This document shows, one piece after another, positions 19,748 to 30,641 of a DNA stretch of 64,000 bases (positions within the stretch are counted from its first letter, which is position 1; each line of letters begins with the position of its first letter). The translations under genes and the position numbers were made by a program. The notes beneath the pieces were generated by a model that ran no database searches, was not told the origin of the DNA, and was given only the letters and a program-made list of their open reading frames with translations. Origin of the DNA: an uncultured Chloroflexia bacterium (GTDB taxonomy: Bacteria; Chloroflexota; Dehalococcoidia; UBA2979); contig CAVSIV010000002.1 in the NCBI GenBank assembly GCA_963728205.1, positions 288,001-352,000 of the forward strand, read 5' to 3'.

Positions 19748-20566
19748 CTACCGGCTGTTCGCGAGCTGCGCCTGCGCGGAGTGGCCCCACACGCCTTCGC
19801 GGTCCGCGTGCACGACGTCCGCCGTGCCCACGCCGCTGACCGCGCCGCCGTCCGTCGCGCTCAGCGCGATCCATTCGCCGACCGGCTCGCGCACGAGATA
19901 CAGCGTGATGTCGGTGTTGATGTAGCCGCTGCCGCCGCCGGGGCGGTCGCCGAGCGACACCCGATGCGATCGCGCCACCTGCGACAGCCGGTTGCCGAAG
20001 TCGGCGAGCGCGGCGGCGCGCATCAGCGGCGTGGTCGCCTCGCCGGCGACGAGCGGCATCGGCAGGCGCAGCCACGCCGTCGCCGCCCCGTCCTCGCCGC
20101 GCGACACCCAGCGCACGTCGATCTGACCCGAGAAGCCGTGGGCGAGCGTCGGTTCGGTCCCGGGGAAGTGCGACGGCTCGAGCGACTCCGGGTCGGGCAG
20201 CGGACCGAGCAGGCGCGCGCTCTCCGGCCCCTCCGCGCGCCGGAGCAGCAGCGCCGATGCGCGCGTGACCTCGACGCCGTCCGCGATCACCGACGCCTCG
20301 TACACCGCGATGCGCCGCCCGGCGCGCACCGGCCGCGCGACGATCTCGAGCGGCTGCCGCGGCACCGGCCGGAACAGGTCGACGGTCAGCCGCGCGAGCT
20401 GCAGGTCGGCGTCGTCGCTGGCCCGCGCGACCGCGCGGACGAGCAATGCCGCCGGCAGCCCGCCGTTGAGCACGTCGGCGCCCCAGCCGCTGCGCCCCCA
20501 CTCGGACGGCATGAAGCGCCCGTCGGGAAGCGGCTCGAACATCGGACCGGCGACGTCGGTCATCAC
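19748..20566 (-). CDS. TesB-like double hotdog thioesterase
   Basis: GWGADVLNGG, RLTVDLFRPVP, AALAD, INTDITLYLVREPVGEW. Confidence 0.8.
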   Translation of the reverse strand: MMTDVAGPMFEPLPDGRFMPSEWGRSGWGADVLNGGLPAALLVRAVARASDDADLQLARLTVDLFRPVPRQPLEIVARPVRAGRRIAVYEASVIADGVEVTRASALLLRRAEGPESARLLGPLPDPESLEPSHFPGTEPTLAHGFSGQIDVRWVSRGEDGAATAWLRLPMPLVAGEATTPLMRAAALADFGNRLSQVARSHRVSLGDRPGGGSGYINTDITLYLVREPVGEWIALSATDGGAVSGVGTADVVHADREGVWGHSAQAQLANSR

Positions 20567-20703
20567 ATCCCCCGGCGCGCGGCAGGCTTCGGGCCTGCCG
20601 TGTGCAGTGGCCGCCTCGGCAGCCCCCGGCCCTCAGCGGCGGCGGACGCCGCCGACCGCATCGGCGGCGTGTCTGCCGCCGCTTGCCGCGCGCCCGGCCG
20701 CGC

Positions 20704-21801
20704 CTATCCCGCCGGGTTCATCACCGACCGCGCGACCGTCCCGGCCTCCATGTCGGCGAACGCCTCGTTGATCTCCGACAGCGGCCGTCGCTTCGAGACC
20801 AGGTCGTCGATGTTGATCCGGCCGTCCATGTACAGGTCGATGAGCCGCGGGATGTCGTACTGCACGCGCGCCGATCCGTAGAACGAGCCGACGAGCTTCT
20901 TCTCGCCGAGGAACGCGATGCCCGGGATCGTGACCTCCTGGCCGACGACGCCGACGACGACGGCCATCCCGCCGCGGCGCACCATGTTGAAGGCCTGCGT
21001 CACCGTCGCGCCCAGGCCGATCGCCTCGAACGCGTAGTCGAGGTAGCCGCCCGCGATCTGCTGTGCACGCGCGACCGCATCCTCCTGGCTCGCGTTTACG
21101 AAGTCGGTCGCGCCGAACTTCGCCGCCATCTCCAGCTTCGAGTCGAGCATGTCGACGGCGATGATCTTGCGTGCGCCCGCGAGCCGAGCCCCCTGCACGA
21201 CGTTGAGCCCCACGCCGCCGAGCCCGATCACCGCGACGTCGGACCCCGCCTGCACCTTCGCGGTGTTGATCACCGCGCCGACGCCCGTGGTGACGCCGCA
21301 GCCGACGAGGCACACGACGTCGAGGGGCGCGTCGTCGCGCACCTTGATGACGCCCCGCTCCGGCATCACCGTGTACTCGGAGTAGCCGGCGACGCCGATG
21401 CCCTGCTGCACGGGCTGGTCGCCCAGCTTCAGGCGCGGGCGCGATCCGTTGGCGGCGCGCTCCGGGTAGTCCGGCCGCTCGCACAGGTGCAGGTCGCCGC
21501 GCAGGCAGTAGTAGCACTGGCCGCAGTTCGGGCGGAACGCGACGACGACGTGGTCGCCGGCCTTCACGCTCGTGACGCCCGGGCCGACGGCCTCGACGAT
21601 GCCGCCGACCTCGTGGCCGAGGATGACCGGGACGGGCAGCGGGCCGCCCTTCGCGCGGTTGATCGTGTGCAGGTCGGAGTGGCAGACGCCGCAGGCGACA
21701 ATCTTCACGAGCACCTCGCCGGCCTCTGGCTCGGAGAGGGTGATCGGCTCGATCGTCATCGGCTCCGGCCCGCGCAGCACGGCCGCCTTCATCTGGGGCA
21801 T
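20704..21801 (-). CDS. Zn-dependent alcohol dehydrogenase (class III-like MDR)
   Basis: CGVCHSD, GHE, CGQCYYC...C, GCGVTTG, GLGGVG; GGAGG RBS before ATG 21801. Confidence 0.92.
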   Translation of the reverse strand: MPQMKAAVLRGPEPMTIEPITLSEPEAGEVLVKIVACGVCHSDLHTINRAKGGPLPVPVILGHEVGGIVEAVGPGVTSVKAGDHVVVAFRPNCGQCYYCLRGDLHLCERPDYPERAANGSRPRLKLGDQPVQQGIGVAGYSEYTVMPERGVIKVRDDAPLDVVCLVGCGVTTGVGAVINTAKVQAGSDVAVIGLGGVGLNVVQGARLAGARKIIAVDMLDSKLEMAAKFGATDFVNASQEDAVARAQQIAGGYLDYAFEAIGLGATVTQAFNMVRRGGMAVVVGVVGQEVTIPGIAFLGEKKLVGSFYGSARVQYDIPRLIDLYMDGRINIDDLVSKRRPLSEINEAFADMEAGTVARSVMNPAG

Positions 21802-21981
21802 CGCGAATCCTCCGTGTTCGTCGCTCGCACGCGGCATGCGCGTTTGTGGTCGGGGGTGGCGCGCGCAGCATATCGTCCGCGTCGCGGACGTGCCCGTCGC
21901 GGCGCTGTTGCCGCGCGAGCCGCGCACGGGCCGCCGCTCTGGCGGCGGCGGCGTCCGCTGCGAACGGGAGGAGCGCACCGC

Positions 21982-23874
21982 ATGCCCGAGCCATCGCTAG
22001 CCCACTACGGCGCCGTGCTCGCCCGCAACGTCGAGATGCGCGCCCGCGACGGCGTGCGCCTGGCCACCGACGTCTGGCGCCCGGCCGCGAACGGCGAGCC
22101 CCTGCCCGGCCCCTTCCCCGCCGTCATGATCCGTACGCCCTACGGACGCACGCTCGACCGCTACCAGCGCGAGGGTGAGTTCTGGGCCGCACGCGGCTAT
22201 CTCTTCGTCGTCCAGGACGTGCGCGGGCGCTTCGACTCCGAAGGCGACTTCGTCCTGCTCGCGAACGAGGGCGCGGACGGCTACGACGCCGTGGAGTGGG
22301 TCGCGGATCTCCCGTACTGCGACGGCAATGTCGGCACGTACGGGACGTCCTACTCCGGGTGGGTGCAGAACGCGCTCGCCATCCAGCGGCCGCCCCACCT
22401 GCGCGCGATGTGGGTGAACCAGGGGGGCTCGAACGGCAACGAGACGGCGCTGCGCCACTACGGCGTGCTCGAGCTGCGCTGGCTCACCTGGGCGGTCAGC
22501 CACGGCGCGACGTCGCCCGAGGCGCAGCGCGACCCGTCGCTGGCGCGGGAGCTGCAGCAGCACACCGTCGACATGTATGACTGGCTGCGGCGCCTGCCCT
22601 GGCACGAGGGCAACTCGCCGCTCACGCGCCTGCCGGGCTACGAGGCGTGGGCGCGCGACCTCTACGAACACGCGGACGGCGGCGACGCCTACTGGCAGTC
22701 GTCGGGCCGCAACTTCGCGCCCTACCTCGAGGTCACCGCCGACGTGCCGACCGTCTACTCCGGCGGCTGGTACGACTCCTACACGCGCGCCACGACCGAC
22801 ATGTACGCGACGCTCGCCGGCCGGCTCGGGGAGCAGCGACTGCTGATGGGGCCGTGGACGCACGGGGACGTCGCGCTCGACCGGCGCTGGTCCGGCGAGG
22901 TCGACCTCGGCCCGGCCGCGTCGATCGCCGGGAACCTGGCGCGCGACCGGCGCCATCTGCAGCTGCGCTGGTTCGATCGCTGGCTGAAGGGAGTGCGCGA
23001 CGGCGTCGACGAGGAGCCGCCGGTGCGGATCTTCGTGATGGGCGGCGGCAGCGGCGAGCGCACGCCCGAGGGGCGCCTGCTGCACGGCGGCGCCTGGCGC
23101 GACGAGCCGGCCTGGCCGCTCGCCCGCGCGGTCCCGACGCCGTTCTACTTCCGGCAGGGCGGCGGACTGGACCGCGAGCCGCCGGGAGCGGACGAGGAGG
23201 CGTCGACGCTCGTCTTCGACCCGGCGGACCCGCTCCCGACGATCTCCGCGAACACGTCGTCGCTCAACGAGGTCGTTCCGACGCCGGCGCGCGTCACGCT
23301 GCCGTCGCCGATCACGCTCGTGCGCGTGATGGTGGTGCAGGGCGGCGCCGACCAGCGCACCCGCGCGGACCTCCACGGCTGCCGCCCGCCGTACGGCCCG
23401 CTCGAGGAGCGCGCCGACGTCCTCTCCTTCACCTCCGCCCCGCTGGCGGAGGACGTCGAGGTCACGGGGCCGATCGAGGCGATGCTCTACCTCTCGTCCG
23501 ACGTGCCCGACACGGACGTCTTCGTGATGCTGCAGGACGTCTACCCCCCGAGCGCCGACTGGCCGGAGGGCTACCGCCTCAACGTCGCCGACGGCATCAT
23601 GCGCGCCCGCTACCGCGAGGCGATGGACCGCCCGGTGCTGATGGAGCCCGGCGAGGTGTACGAGCTGCGGTTCCAGCTCTACCCGACGAGCAACCGCTTC
23701 GTCGCCGGGCACCGCATCCAGGTGCTCGTCTCGTCGTCGTCATTCCCGCGCTTCGACGTCAACCCGAACACCGGCGAGCCGGCCGGCCGCCACACGCGGA
23801 CGCAGGTCGCGCGCAACACAATCCACCACGCTGCCGCGCACCCGTCGCGCGTGACCCTGCCGGTCGTGCCGTAG
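21982..23874 (+). CDS. CocE/NonD family serine hydrolase
   Basis: [37 protein letters not shown] nucleophile, [22 protein letters not shown]; GGAGGAG RBS. Confidence 0.92.
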   Translation: MPEPSLAHYGAVLARNVEMRARDGVRLATDVWRPAANGEPLPGPFPAVMIRTPYGRTLDRYQREGEFWAARGYLFVVQDVRGRFDSEGDFVLLANEGADGYDAVEWVADLPYCDGNVGTYGTSYSGWVQNALAIQRPPHLRAMWVNQGGSNGNETALRHYGVLELRWLTWAVSHGATSPEAQRDPSLARELQQHTVDMYDWLRRLPWHEGNSPLTRLPGYEAWARDLYEHADGGDAYWQSSGRNFAPYLEVTADVPTVYSGGWYDSYTRATTDMYATLAGRLGEQRLLMGPWTHGDVALDRRWSGEVDLGPAASIAGNLARDRRHLQLRWFDRWLKGVRDGVDEEPPVRIFVMGGGSGERTPEGRLLHGGAWRDEPAWPLARAVPTPFYFRQGGGLDREPPGADEEASTLVFDPADPLPTISANTSSLNEVVPTPARVTLPSPITLVRVMVVQGGADQRTRADLHGCRPPYGPLEERADVLSFTSAPLAEDVEVTGPIEAMLYLSSDVPDTDVFVMLQDVYPPSADWPEGYRLNVADGIMRARYREAMDRPVLMEPGEVYELRFQLYPTSNRFVAGHRIQVLVSSSSFPRFDVNPNTGEPAGRHTRTQVARNTIHHAAAHPSRVTLPVVP

Positions 23875-23885
23875 GCGGACTCCCC

Positions 23886-25214
23886 CTACCCCGCGACGAC
23901 GGCGTCCTCCATCGCGTCCGGGTCGAGATACGGCAGCAGCGCGTCGAGCAGGTCTGTCTCCGAGTCGAGCGTCCGCCCGAGCCCGGACAGCAACCCCATC
24001 ACGCGAGCGATCAGGATGACGTCGCCCGGGACCTCGACCAGCGGGTTGTTGCGCAGCGTGCGCCCGATGCGCGCGTTGATCTCCGCCACCATCTCCTGGT
24101 CGGCGTACGCCTGGCCCGATCGCAGCACGTCCCCGAGAAACGCCTGGCCGATCGCCGCATAGGTGTCATCGTCGCGGCTGCGCGTGCGGAAGCCCATGCC
24201 CTCCATCGTGATGCCGATGGCGTCCGGCTGCTCGGCGATGATCGCGCTGGTCAGCACGATCAGCTGCTCGCGGAACTCGTCGGGCAGATCCTTCGTGATG
24301 CCGAAGTCGACCAGGCCGATCTTCGGCGGGTCGCCCGGAACGACGAAGAGGTTCCCCGGGTGCGGGTCGGCATGGAACATGCCGTGCCGCAGGATCATCG
24401 TGTTGTAGAGGTCCGTCAGATGGTCGGCGACGTACTGCGTCGAGATGCCGGCGGCGCGAATGCGCTGCACGTCGCTGATCTTGATGCCGTCGATGTAGTC
24501 CATCGTCAGCACACGGCGCGACGAACGCGTCCAGTCGATGCCCGGCACCACCACATCGTCGCGCCCCGCGAGCAGCGCGGCGAGCTGCTCGGCGGCCTTG
24601 CCCTCGTGGATGAAGTCGACCTCGAACGGGGCGTTGCGCTCCATCTCCTCGACGACGGGGCGAAAGTCGATGACGGTCTCGAAGCGCGCCCAGACGTTGG
24701 CGAGCAGCCGGATCGCCTTGAGGTCCCAGCGCACGATGCGCTCGATCCCCGGGTACTGGACCTTCACCGCGACGTCGCGGCCCTCGTGCGTGCGCGCCCG
24801 GTAGACCTGCGCCAGCGACGCGGCCGCGACCGGCCGCGGATTGAACTCCGCGTAGAGCGCGTCGATCGGTGCGCCCAGCTCCCGCTCGATCAGCGGGCGC
24901 ATCTCCGACCACGGCCGCGGCGGCACCTGGTCGTGGAGCCGCGACAGCGTGAGCACGTACTCGTCCATCAGGATGTCGGCGCGGCTGCCGAGGAACTGGC
25001 AGGTCTTGATGATCAGGCCCTGCTGCTTGATCGCGCGGTTGACGATCGAGCGCGCGGCGTGCTGGTGGAAGCGGTGCGACGCCTCGGCCATGCGCTCGAC
25101 GCCGAAGAGCCGCCGCTTCAGGCGCAGCCAGCGCCAGCGCAGCCACAGCCCGACCACGGTCGCGGCGAGCGGGAGCGTCCGCCGCCAGCGGCCGTAGGGA
25201 GGCCGGATGGGCAT
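23886..25214 (-). CDS. ABC1/UbiB (AarF) family atypical kinase
   Basis: IKTCQFLGSRADI, AAASLAQVYRA, VAVKVQYPG, FHADPHPGN, LVDFG. Confidence 0.9.
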   Translation of the reverse strand: MPIRPPYGRWRRTLPLAATVVGLWLRWRWLRLKRRLFGVERMAEASHRFHQHAARSIVNRAIKQQGLIIKTCQFLGSRADILMDEYVLTLSRLHDQVPPRPWSEMRPLIERELGAPIDALYAEFNPRPVAAASLAQVYRARTHEGRDVAVKVQYPGIERIVRWDLKAIRLLANVWARFETVIDFRPVVEEMERNAPFEVDFIHEGKAAEQLAALLAGRDDVVVPGIDWTRSSRRVLTMDYIDGIKISDVQRIRAAGISTQYVADHLTDLYNTMILRHGMFHADPHPGNLFVVPGDPPKIGLVDFGITKDLPDEFREQLIVLTSAIIAEQPDAIGITMEGMGFRTRSRDDDTYAAIGQAFLGDVLRSGQAYADQEMVAEINARIGRTLRNNPLVEVPGDVILIARVMGLLSGLGRTLDSETDLLDALLPYLDPDAMEDAVVAG

Positions 25215-25442
25215 CTCTGTCGCTTCAAGGGATGCGGAACGAGCGTCGAACACAGGTGCGCTCCAGGAGGTCGGTGGGTTCGCGATCCACGATATCGCGA
25301 CCTTCGCGGCCGCGCCCTGTCCGGTCGCCGACACGGCGCCGGGTGTCGCGGTCCACCACGCCCACGCGGCTGGCGGGACGCCGCGCGCGTCCGATAGGCT
25401 GCGTCTCGCAGCCACTCGCGAACCGTTGATCGGGAGCCGCGG

Positions 25443-26648
25443 ATCGCCTTCTTCAACCCCGGCCGCCCGTCCTACGCGCAGGACCCATATCCCTCGCTCG
25501 CGCGGCTGCGCGCGGACGATCCCGTCTTCCGCAGCCGCGATCTCGACGCGTGGGTGCTGACCCGCTACGAGGACTGCCTCGCAGTGCTGCGCGACGGCGA
25601 GCGGTTCGCCTCGGACACCGCGCGCGCCGCCGGGCGGCTCGGCGATCACGTGCGCGGCCTGCGCCGGCTCTCGCCGCTCGGCGACCACCCACTGTTCGGC
25701 CAGACCGACCCGCCGGATCACCCGCGGCTGCGCTCGATCATCAACCGCGCGTTCACCCCCCGCGTGATCGAGGCGCACCGACCGCGCGTGCGCGCCGTGG
25801 TCGACGAGCTGCTCGACGCGCTCCCCGCGGGGGAGCCGTTCGACTTCATGACGACCGTCGCCGAGCGCCTGCCCGTGCTCGTGATCGGCGACCTGCTGGG
25901 GCTCGACGCAGAGAGCCGCGGTCCGGTCCGCGAGCGCGCCCAGGCGATCATGCAAGCCGTCTCCGAGGACCAGCTCACGCCGGCGCAGCGCCGCGCGGCC
26001 GATGACGCCACCGCGTGGCTGCGCGACTTCCTCGCGCGCTACGCGCAGGAGCACGGCGACGAACCGGAACGGCGGCTCATCCGCATCCTGCTCGACGCCG
26101 AGGCCGAGGGCGGCCGCCTCAGCGACGAGGAGCTGCTCGCGTTCACCGTCTTCCTGTACTCCGCGGGCAGCGGCCCGACGGCCGGGCTGCTCGGCAACGG
26201 GCTCGTCGCGCTCCTGCAGCACCCCGACGAGCTGGCGCGGCTGCGCGCGCAGCCCGACCTCGTGATGCCCGCGACCGACGAGCTACTGCGCTACGACAGC
26301 CCGACGCAGGTGCTGATTCGCGTCGCCGCGGCGGACGTGCAGGTCGGCCGCCGGCGCATCGCCGCCGGCGACACGCTGCTGGTGATGACCGGCGCCGCGA
26401 ACCGCGACCCCGAGGCGTTCCCGGAGCCCGATCACCTCGACGTGACGCGCGAGCGTGCGAGCCGCCACCTGAGCTTCGGCTACGGATCGCACTTCTGCCT
26501 GGGCGCTCCCCTCGCGCAGCTCGAGGCGGACGAGCTCCTGCGCGCGCTGTTCGAGCGCTTCCCGTCGCTCGCCATCGCCGCGAACGGCCTCGAGCGCGGC
26601 GGGACGTTCCTCATCCGCGTCCCGCGCCGCCTCGTGCTGCTCCCCTAG
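25443..26648 (+). CDS. cytochrome P450 with atypical I-helix; probable ATC start
   Basis: FNP...DPYP N-terminus in frame upstream of GTG 25554; DPPDHPRLR, ELLRYDSP (ExxR), FGYGSHFCLG heme motif. Confidence 0.88.
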   Translation: MAFFNPGRPSYAQDPYPSLARLRADDPVFRSRDLDAWVLTRYEDCLAVLRDGERFASDTARAAGRLGDHVRGLRRLSPLGDHPLFGQTDPPDHPRLRSIINRAFTPRVIEAHRPRVRAVVDELLDALPAGEPFDFMTTVAERLPVLVIGDLLGLDAESRGPVRERAQAIMQAVSEDQLTPAQRRAADDATAWLRDFLARYAQEHGDEPERRLIRILLDAEAEGGRLSDEELLAFTVFLYSAGSGPTAGLLGNGLVALLQHPDELARLRAQPDLVMPATDELLRYDSPTQVLIRVAAADVQVGRRRIAAGDTLLVMTGAANRDPEAFPEPDHLDVTRERASRHLSFGYGSHFCLGAPLAQLEADELLRALFERFPSLAIAANGLERGGTFLIRVPRRLVLLP

Positions 26649-26731
26649 CCGGTCGCCGGCGGCGGCAGACACGCCGCCGCTTGCGATGCGCGGGAACTCC
26701 CGCGCGCCGATCGCGCTACGATCGACCAGCG

Positions 26732-27933
26732 ATGGTCCTCTTCAACCCCTTCGTTCCCTCCTACCGGCAGAACCCCTACCGGCAGCTCGCCCGCCTCCGC
26801 GAGGCGGAGCCCGTGCACCGCAGCCCCGCGCTCCAGGCGTGGGTCTGCACGCGCTACGCCGACTGCCTGCAGATCTTCCGCGACCCCGAGACGTTCTCCT
26901 CCGACGGGCTCGTCGCGCGCGGCCAGCTCGCGGACGCGCTCCAGGAGCAGCGCCGCGCGTCGCCCCTCGGCGAGGCGCGCACGATGCTCACGACCGATCC
27001 CCGGATCACACGCGCCTGCGCGGCATCGTGAACCGCGCGTTCACGGCGCGCCGCGTCGCGGCGTTGCGGCCCCGCATCGAGGAGATCACGGCGTCCCTGC
27101 TCGCGGCCGTCCCGGCGGCCGGCGAGTTCGAGTTGATGCGTGGCCTCGCGCAGCCGCTCCCCGTCATCGTGATCGCGGAGCTGCTCGGCGTGCCGTCCGG
27201 GGACCGCGACCGCTTCAAGCAGTGGTCGAACGCGATCGCGCAGACCACGAGCCTGTTGCAGTCCGAGACGATCCGCGACGACGCCCGCCAGGCGACCCGC
27301 GAGCTCGTCGACTACTTCAACGTGATCGTGGACGCCCGTCGCCGCGAGCCGCGCGACGACCTGCTGTCGGCGCTCGTGCAGGCCCAGGACGAGGGGCGCC
27401 GCCTCTCGCACGACGAGGTGCTCGCGTTCGCCATCCTCCTGCTCGTCGCCGGCAACGAGACGACGACGAACCTGATCGGCGGCGGCACGCTCGCGCTGGC
27501 GGAGCACCCCGACCAGCAGCGTCTGCTGCGCGAGCGGCCCGAGCTCCGTCAGCGCGCGATCGAGGAGATGCTGCGCTACGACAGCCCCGTGCAGGGCGTC
27601 GTCCGCTTCGCGCGCCACGCAACCAGCGTCGGCGGCGTCGCGATCGCGGCCGGCGACATCCTGCTGGCGATGGTCGGCGGCGCCAACCGCGATCCCGAGC
27701 AGTTCTCGGACGCGGACCGCTTCGATGTGACGCGCGAGGAGAACCGCCACCTGTCGTTCGGGATGGGGCCCCACTTCTGCCTGGGCGCCCCGCTCGCGCG
27801 GCTCGAGGCGGACGTCGCCTTCGGCGCGCTGCTCGCGCGCTTCCCGGAACTCCGCATCGGCGAGGGCGGTTCCGAACGCGGCGGCACGTTCCTGCTGCGG
27901 GGCCCGTCGCGCGTCGCGCTCGCCGTGGGATAG
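26732..27933 (+). CDS. cytochrome P450 (one frameshift near 27000)
   Basis: MVLFNPFVPSYRQNPY start; TTDP/PDHTRLR split by a missing base in a C run; AGNETT, EMLRYDSP, FGMGPHFCLG. Confidence 0.88.
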
Positions 27934-27942
27934 GGGAGCGGC

Positions 27943-30027
27943 TCAGCCCGCCGTCGCCGGCTGCTCGCCGGTCGCGATCACCGGACGCGGCATCGGCACC
28001 GTGGCGCCGGAGAAGATCGCCTGGACGTCCTCGACTGCGTCGCGCGCCGCGATCACCGTGACGCGGTCGCCGGCCGAGAGCCGCGTGTGGCCGCGCGGGA
28101 TCAGCGTCGCGCCGTGGCGTCGCACCGCGACCACGACGGCATCCTCCGTGATGCGCACCTCGCTCAGCAGGTGGCCGTTCAGCGCCGATCCGCGGTCGAC
28201 GCGCAGGTCGAGGTAGCGCACGTCGTCGCTCGTCACGGCCGTGAGACGCCCGCGGCGCCGGCGGCGGTCCGTCTCGTCCATCGCCGACGCGTAGGCGTTC
28301 GTGATGTCGGAGCGGCGCAGCAGCCCGCACACGATGCGCGGACGTTCGCGCAGCACCACGGGCAGCGTGTGCAGCGAGCGCCCCGCGAAGAGGGTGAGCG
28401 CCTGGTGCAGTGTCTGGTCGGGGAAGATCGTGAAGAGGTCGCGCGTGGCGATCTCGAGCGCGGTCGTGCCCTCCTGCGCGGTCGCCAGCGCTTCGTTGAC
28501 GTCGGTGTCCGTGATCACGCCGCGCAGCTCGCCGCTGTCCTCGTCGATCACGAGCGCGAGCGCGTCGCGATCGCCGGCCATCGCGCGGGCGACGTCGGCC
28601 ACCGGCGTCGCGGGCGCGACGGTGATCGCGGCGGGGGACATGGCGTCGGCGACGCGGAGCGCCTGCATCACGTTCGCGGGGAACGTGTCTTCCTCGATCT
28701 GCACGCCGCGGCGCGTCAGCTTGATCGTGTAGATCGTGCCCTTGCTCAGCAGCTGGGAGACGACGGTCGCGGTCGCGACGGCGGTCATCAGCGGGAGCAT
28801 CAGCCCGTACTCGCGCGTGAGCTCGAAGATCACGAGCACCGCGGTGATCGGCGCGCGCGTCGCGGCGGCGAACACGGCCGCCATGCCGACCGTCGCGTAC
28901 GCGCCGCCCGGCGCCGTCTGGCCGGGCAGCAGGGCGTGCACGATCGCGCCGTAGGCGCCGCCGAGCATCGCGCCCAGGAACAGCGACGGCCGGAAGATGC
29001 CACCGCTCCCCCCGCTGCCGAGCGTGACCGAGGTCGCGACGAGCTTCAGCCCGAACAGCAGCGCCATCCCCCGAGCGACCATGTCGCCGTCGAGCGCCTC
29101 CTCGACCGCGTCCTCGCCCAGCCCGAGCACGCCGCTGTCGATCAGCCCGAGCGTGCCCACGATCAACCCGCCGATCACCGGCATCCACACGCCCGGCGGG
29201 AACGCGAGTCCGTTGAAGCGGTCCTCGGTCCAGTACAGGACGTGGATGAAGGCGACGCCGCCGATCGCGGCGAGCCCGCCGAGCACCGCGTAGAACGGGA
29301 TCTCCACCGCGTGCTCGAGCCCGTACGCCGGAATCGCGATCGCCGGCGCATCGCCCCGCAGCGTGACGGCCGTCGCCGTCGCGATCACCGAAGCAAGGAC
29401 GACGACGCTGAAGTTGCGCGTGTTGAATCGGCGCAGGATGACCTCGAGCGAAAAGAACACGCCGGCGATCGGGGCGTTGAAGGTCGCGGCGATGCCGCCG
29501 GCCGCGCCGGCCGCCACGAGCAGCTTCACGTTCTCCTCGCTCAGGCGCAGCCACTGGCCCACGGTCGAGCCGAAGGCAGAGCCGATCTGCACGATCGGGC
29601 CCTCGCGACCGACCGACCCGCCGGAGCCGATCGTGAGCGCGGCGGCGATCGAGGTCGCGGCGGCGACGCGCGGGCGAATGCGCCCGCCCTGCGTCTCGAC
29701 CGCGAGCATGACCTCGGGCACGCCGTGGCCGCGCGTCTCGGGCGCGAAGATGCGCGTGATCGGGCCCACGAGGACCGCGCCCAGGGCCGGCGCGAGCAGC
29801 CACCGCCAGTCCGGGAGCGCGCTCATCCACGTCCCGACCAGCATCTCGACGAAGAACCAGTGCACCGCGTGGATGAGGTACGAGAACCCGACCGCGCCGA
29901 AGCCGGCGACGAGGCCGACGACCGCGGCAACCGCCATCGGGCCGCCGCGCGGCGACCGCTCGACCAGGCCGCCGAGCCGCCGGCTCGCGACCTGTGCCGA
30001 TCGCAGCGCGCCATTCGTGAGGGTCAC
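27943..30027 (-). CDS. CLC chloride channel/antiporter with CBS pair and C-terminal TrkA-C (RCK_C) domain
   Basis: GHGVPE, GSVGREGP, FNAPIAG, GGSGGIF, IYT; CBS repeats; C-terminal VVAVRRHGATLIPRGHTRLSAGDRV. Confidence 0.9.
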   Translation of the reverse strand: MTLTNGALRSAQVASRRLGGLVERSPRGGPMAVAAVVGLVAGFGAVGFSYLIHAVHWFFVEMLVGTWMSALPDWRWLLAPALGAVLVGPITRIFAPETRGHGVPEVMLAVETQGGRIRPRVAAATSIAAALTIGSGGSVGREGPIVQIGSAFGSTVGQWLRLSEENVKLLVAAGAAGGIAATFNAPIAGVFFSLEVILRRFNTRNFSVVVLASVIATATAVTLRGDAPAIAIPAYGLEHAVEIPFYAVLGGLAAIGGVAFIHVLYWTEDRFNGLAFPPGVWMPVIGGLIVGTLGLIDSGVLGLGEDAVEEALDGDMVARGMALLFGLKLVATSVTLGSGGSGGIFRPSLFLGAMLGGAYGAIVHALLPGQTAPGGAYATVGMAAVFAAATRAPITAVLVIFELTREYGLMLPLMTAVATATVVSQLLSKGTIYTIKLTRRGVQIEEDTFPANVMQALRVADAMSPAAITVAPATPVADVARAMAGDRDALALVIDEDSGELRGVITDTDVNEALATAQEGTTALEIATRDLFTIFPDQTLHQALTLFAGRSLHTLPVVLRERPRIVCGLLRRSDITNAYASAMDETDRRRRRGRLTAVTSDDVRYLDLRVDRGSALNGHLLSEVRITEDAVVVAVRRHGATLIPRGHTRLSAGDRVTVIAARDAVEDVQAIFSGATVPMPRPVIATGEQPATAG

Positions 30028-30036
30028 GGTGCCGGC

Positions 30037-30064
30037 ATCGTAACCTGATCAACGCTGTCGGCAA
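30037..30064 (-). promoter_or_regulatory. sigma70-type promoter of the CLC gene (short or no leader)
   Basis: TTGCCG-16nt-TACGAT, 9 nt before the GTG start. Confidence 0.5.
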
Positions 30065-30157
30065 ATTCAGCGAGGTTTCCAGGGTGTGGGTCACGTTTCC
30101 GCGCACCGCCCGCGCGGAGCGGACCGGCTCCGTAGAATGGCCCGGGAAGGATGCGCC

Positions 30158-30511
30158 GTGGCCTACGACCCGGACAACGTCTTCGCGAAGATCCTGCGCG
30201 GTGAGATCCCGAGCGACCGCGTCTACGAGGACGATGAGTTCGTCGCATTCCGCGACATCGCCCCCGCCGCGCCGGTGCACGTCGTGATGGTGCCGCGCGG
30301 CGAACCGCCGACCGCGCCCGCCGGACTCGCGGACGCGGATGCCGAGTGGGTGGGGCGCATGGTCGTGCGCGCGACGCGCGTCGCCGCGCAGCAGGGCCTC
30401 GAGCAGGACGGCTATCGCATCGTCTTCAACTCTGGCGAGGCGGCGGGCCAGACCGTCCCGCACCTGCATCTGCACATCCTCGGCGGCCGCCCGCTGGGAC
30501 CGCTGGCGTGA
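30158..30511 (+). CDS. HIT family nucleotide-binding protein
   Basis: NVFAKILRGEIP, FRDIAP, GQTVPHLHLHILGG; TAGAAT -10 at 30133. Confidence 0.92.
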   Translation: MAYDPDNVFAKILRGEIPSDRVYEDDEFVAFRDIAPAAPVHVVMVPRGEPPTAPAGLADADAEWVGRMVVRATRVAAQQGLEQDGYRIVFNSGEAAGQTVPHLHLHILGGRPLGPLA

Positions 30512-30641
30512 GCCCCGACCGAGATGCGATGGGTTTCCCCGATTCGCAGCATCGGGGCCGTCCCTTAAGGTGTCCTCCCGACCCGCGAGGGCGCAGGTTG
30601 CGTCCGGGCGCGCGGGACGGTGCACCGAGGGGCCATCGCCC

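Noticed and set aside
28985-29005. GIFRP in place of the usual CLC GIFAP motif
   Set aside because: A single-codon oddity (CGG vs GCG) in an error-prone assembly; cannot be trusted without reads.
30028-30157. Fluoride riboswitch / fluoride-type CLC
   Set aside because: No GGCGATGG-type aptamer; the promoter is almost leaderless; the signature is GHGVP/GREGP rather than the CLC-F type.
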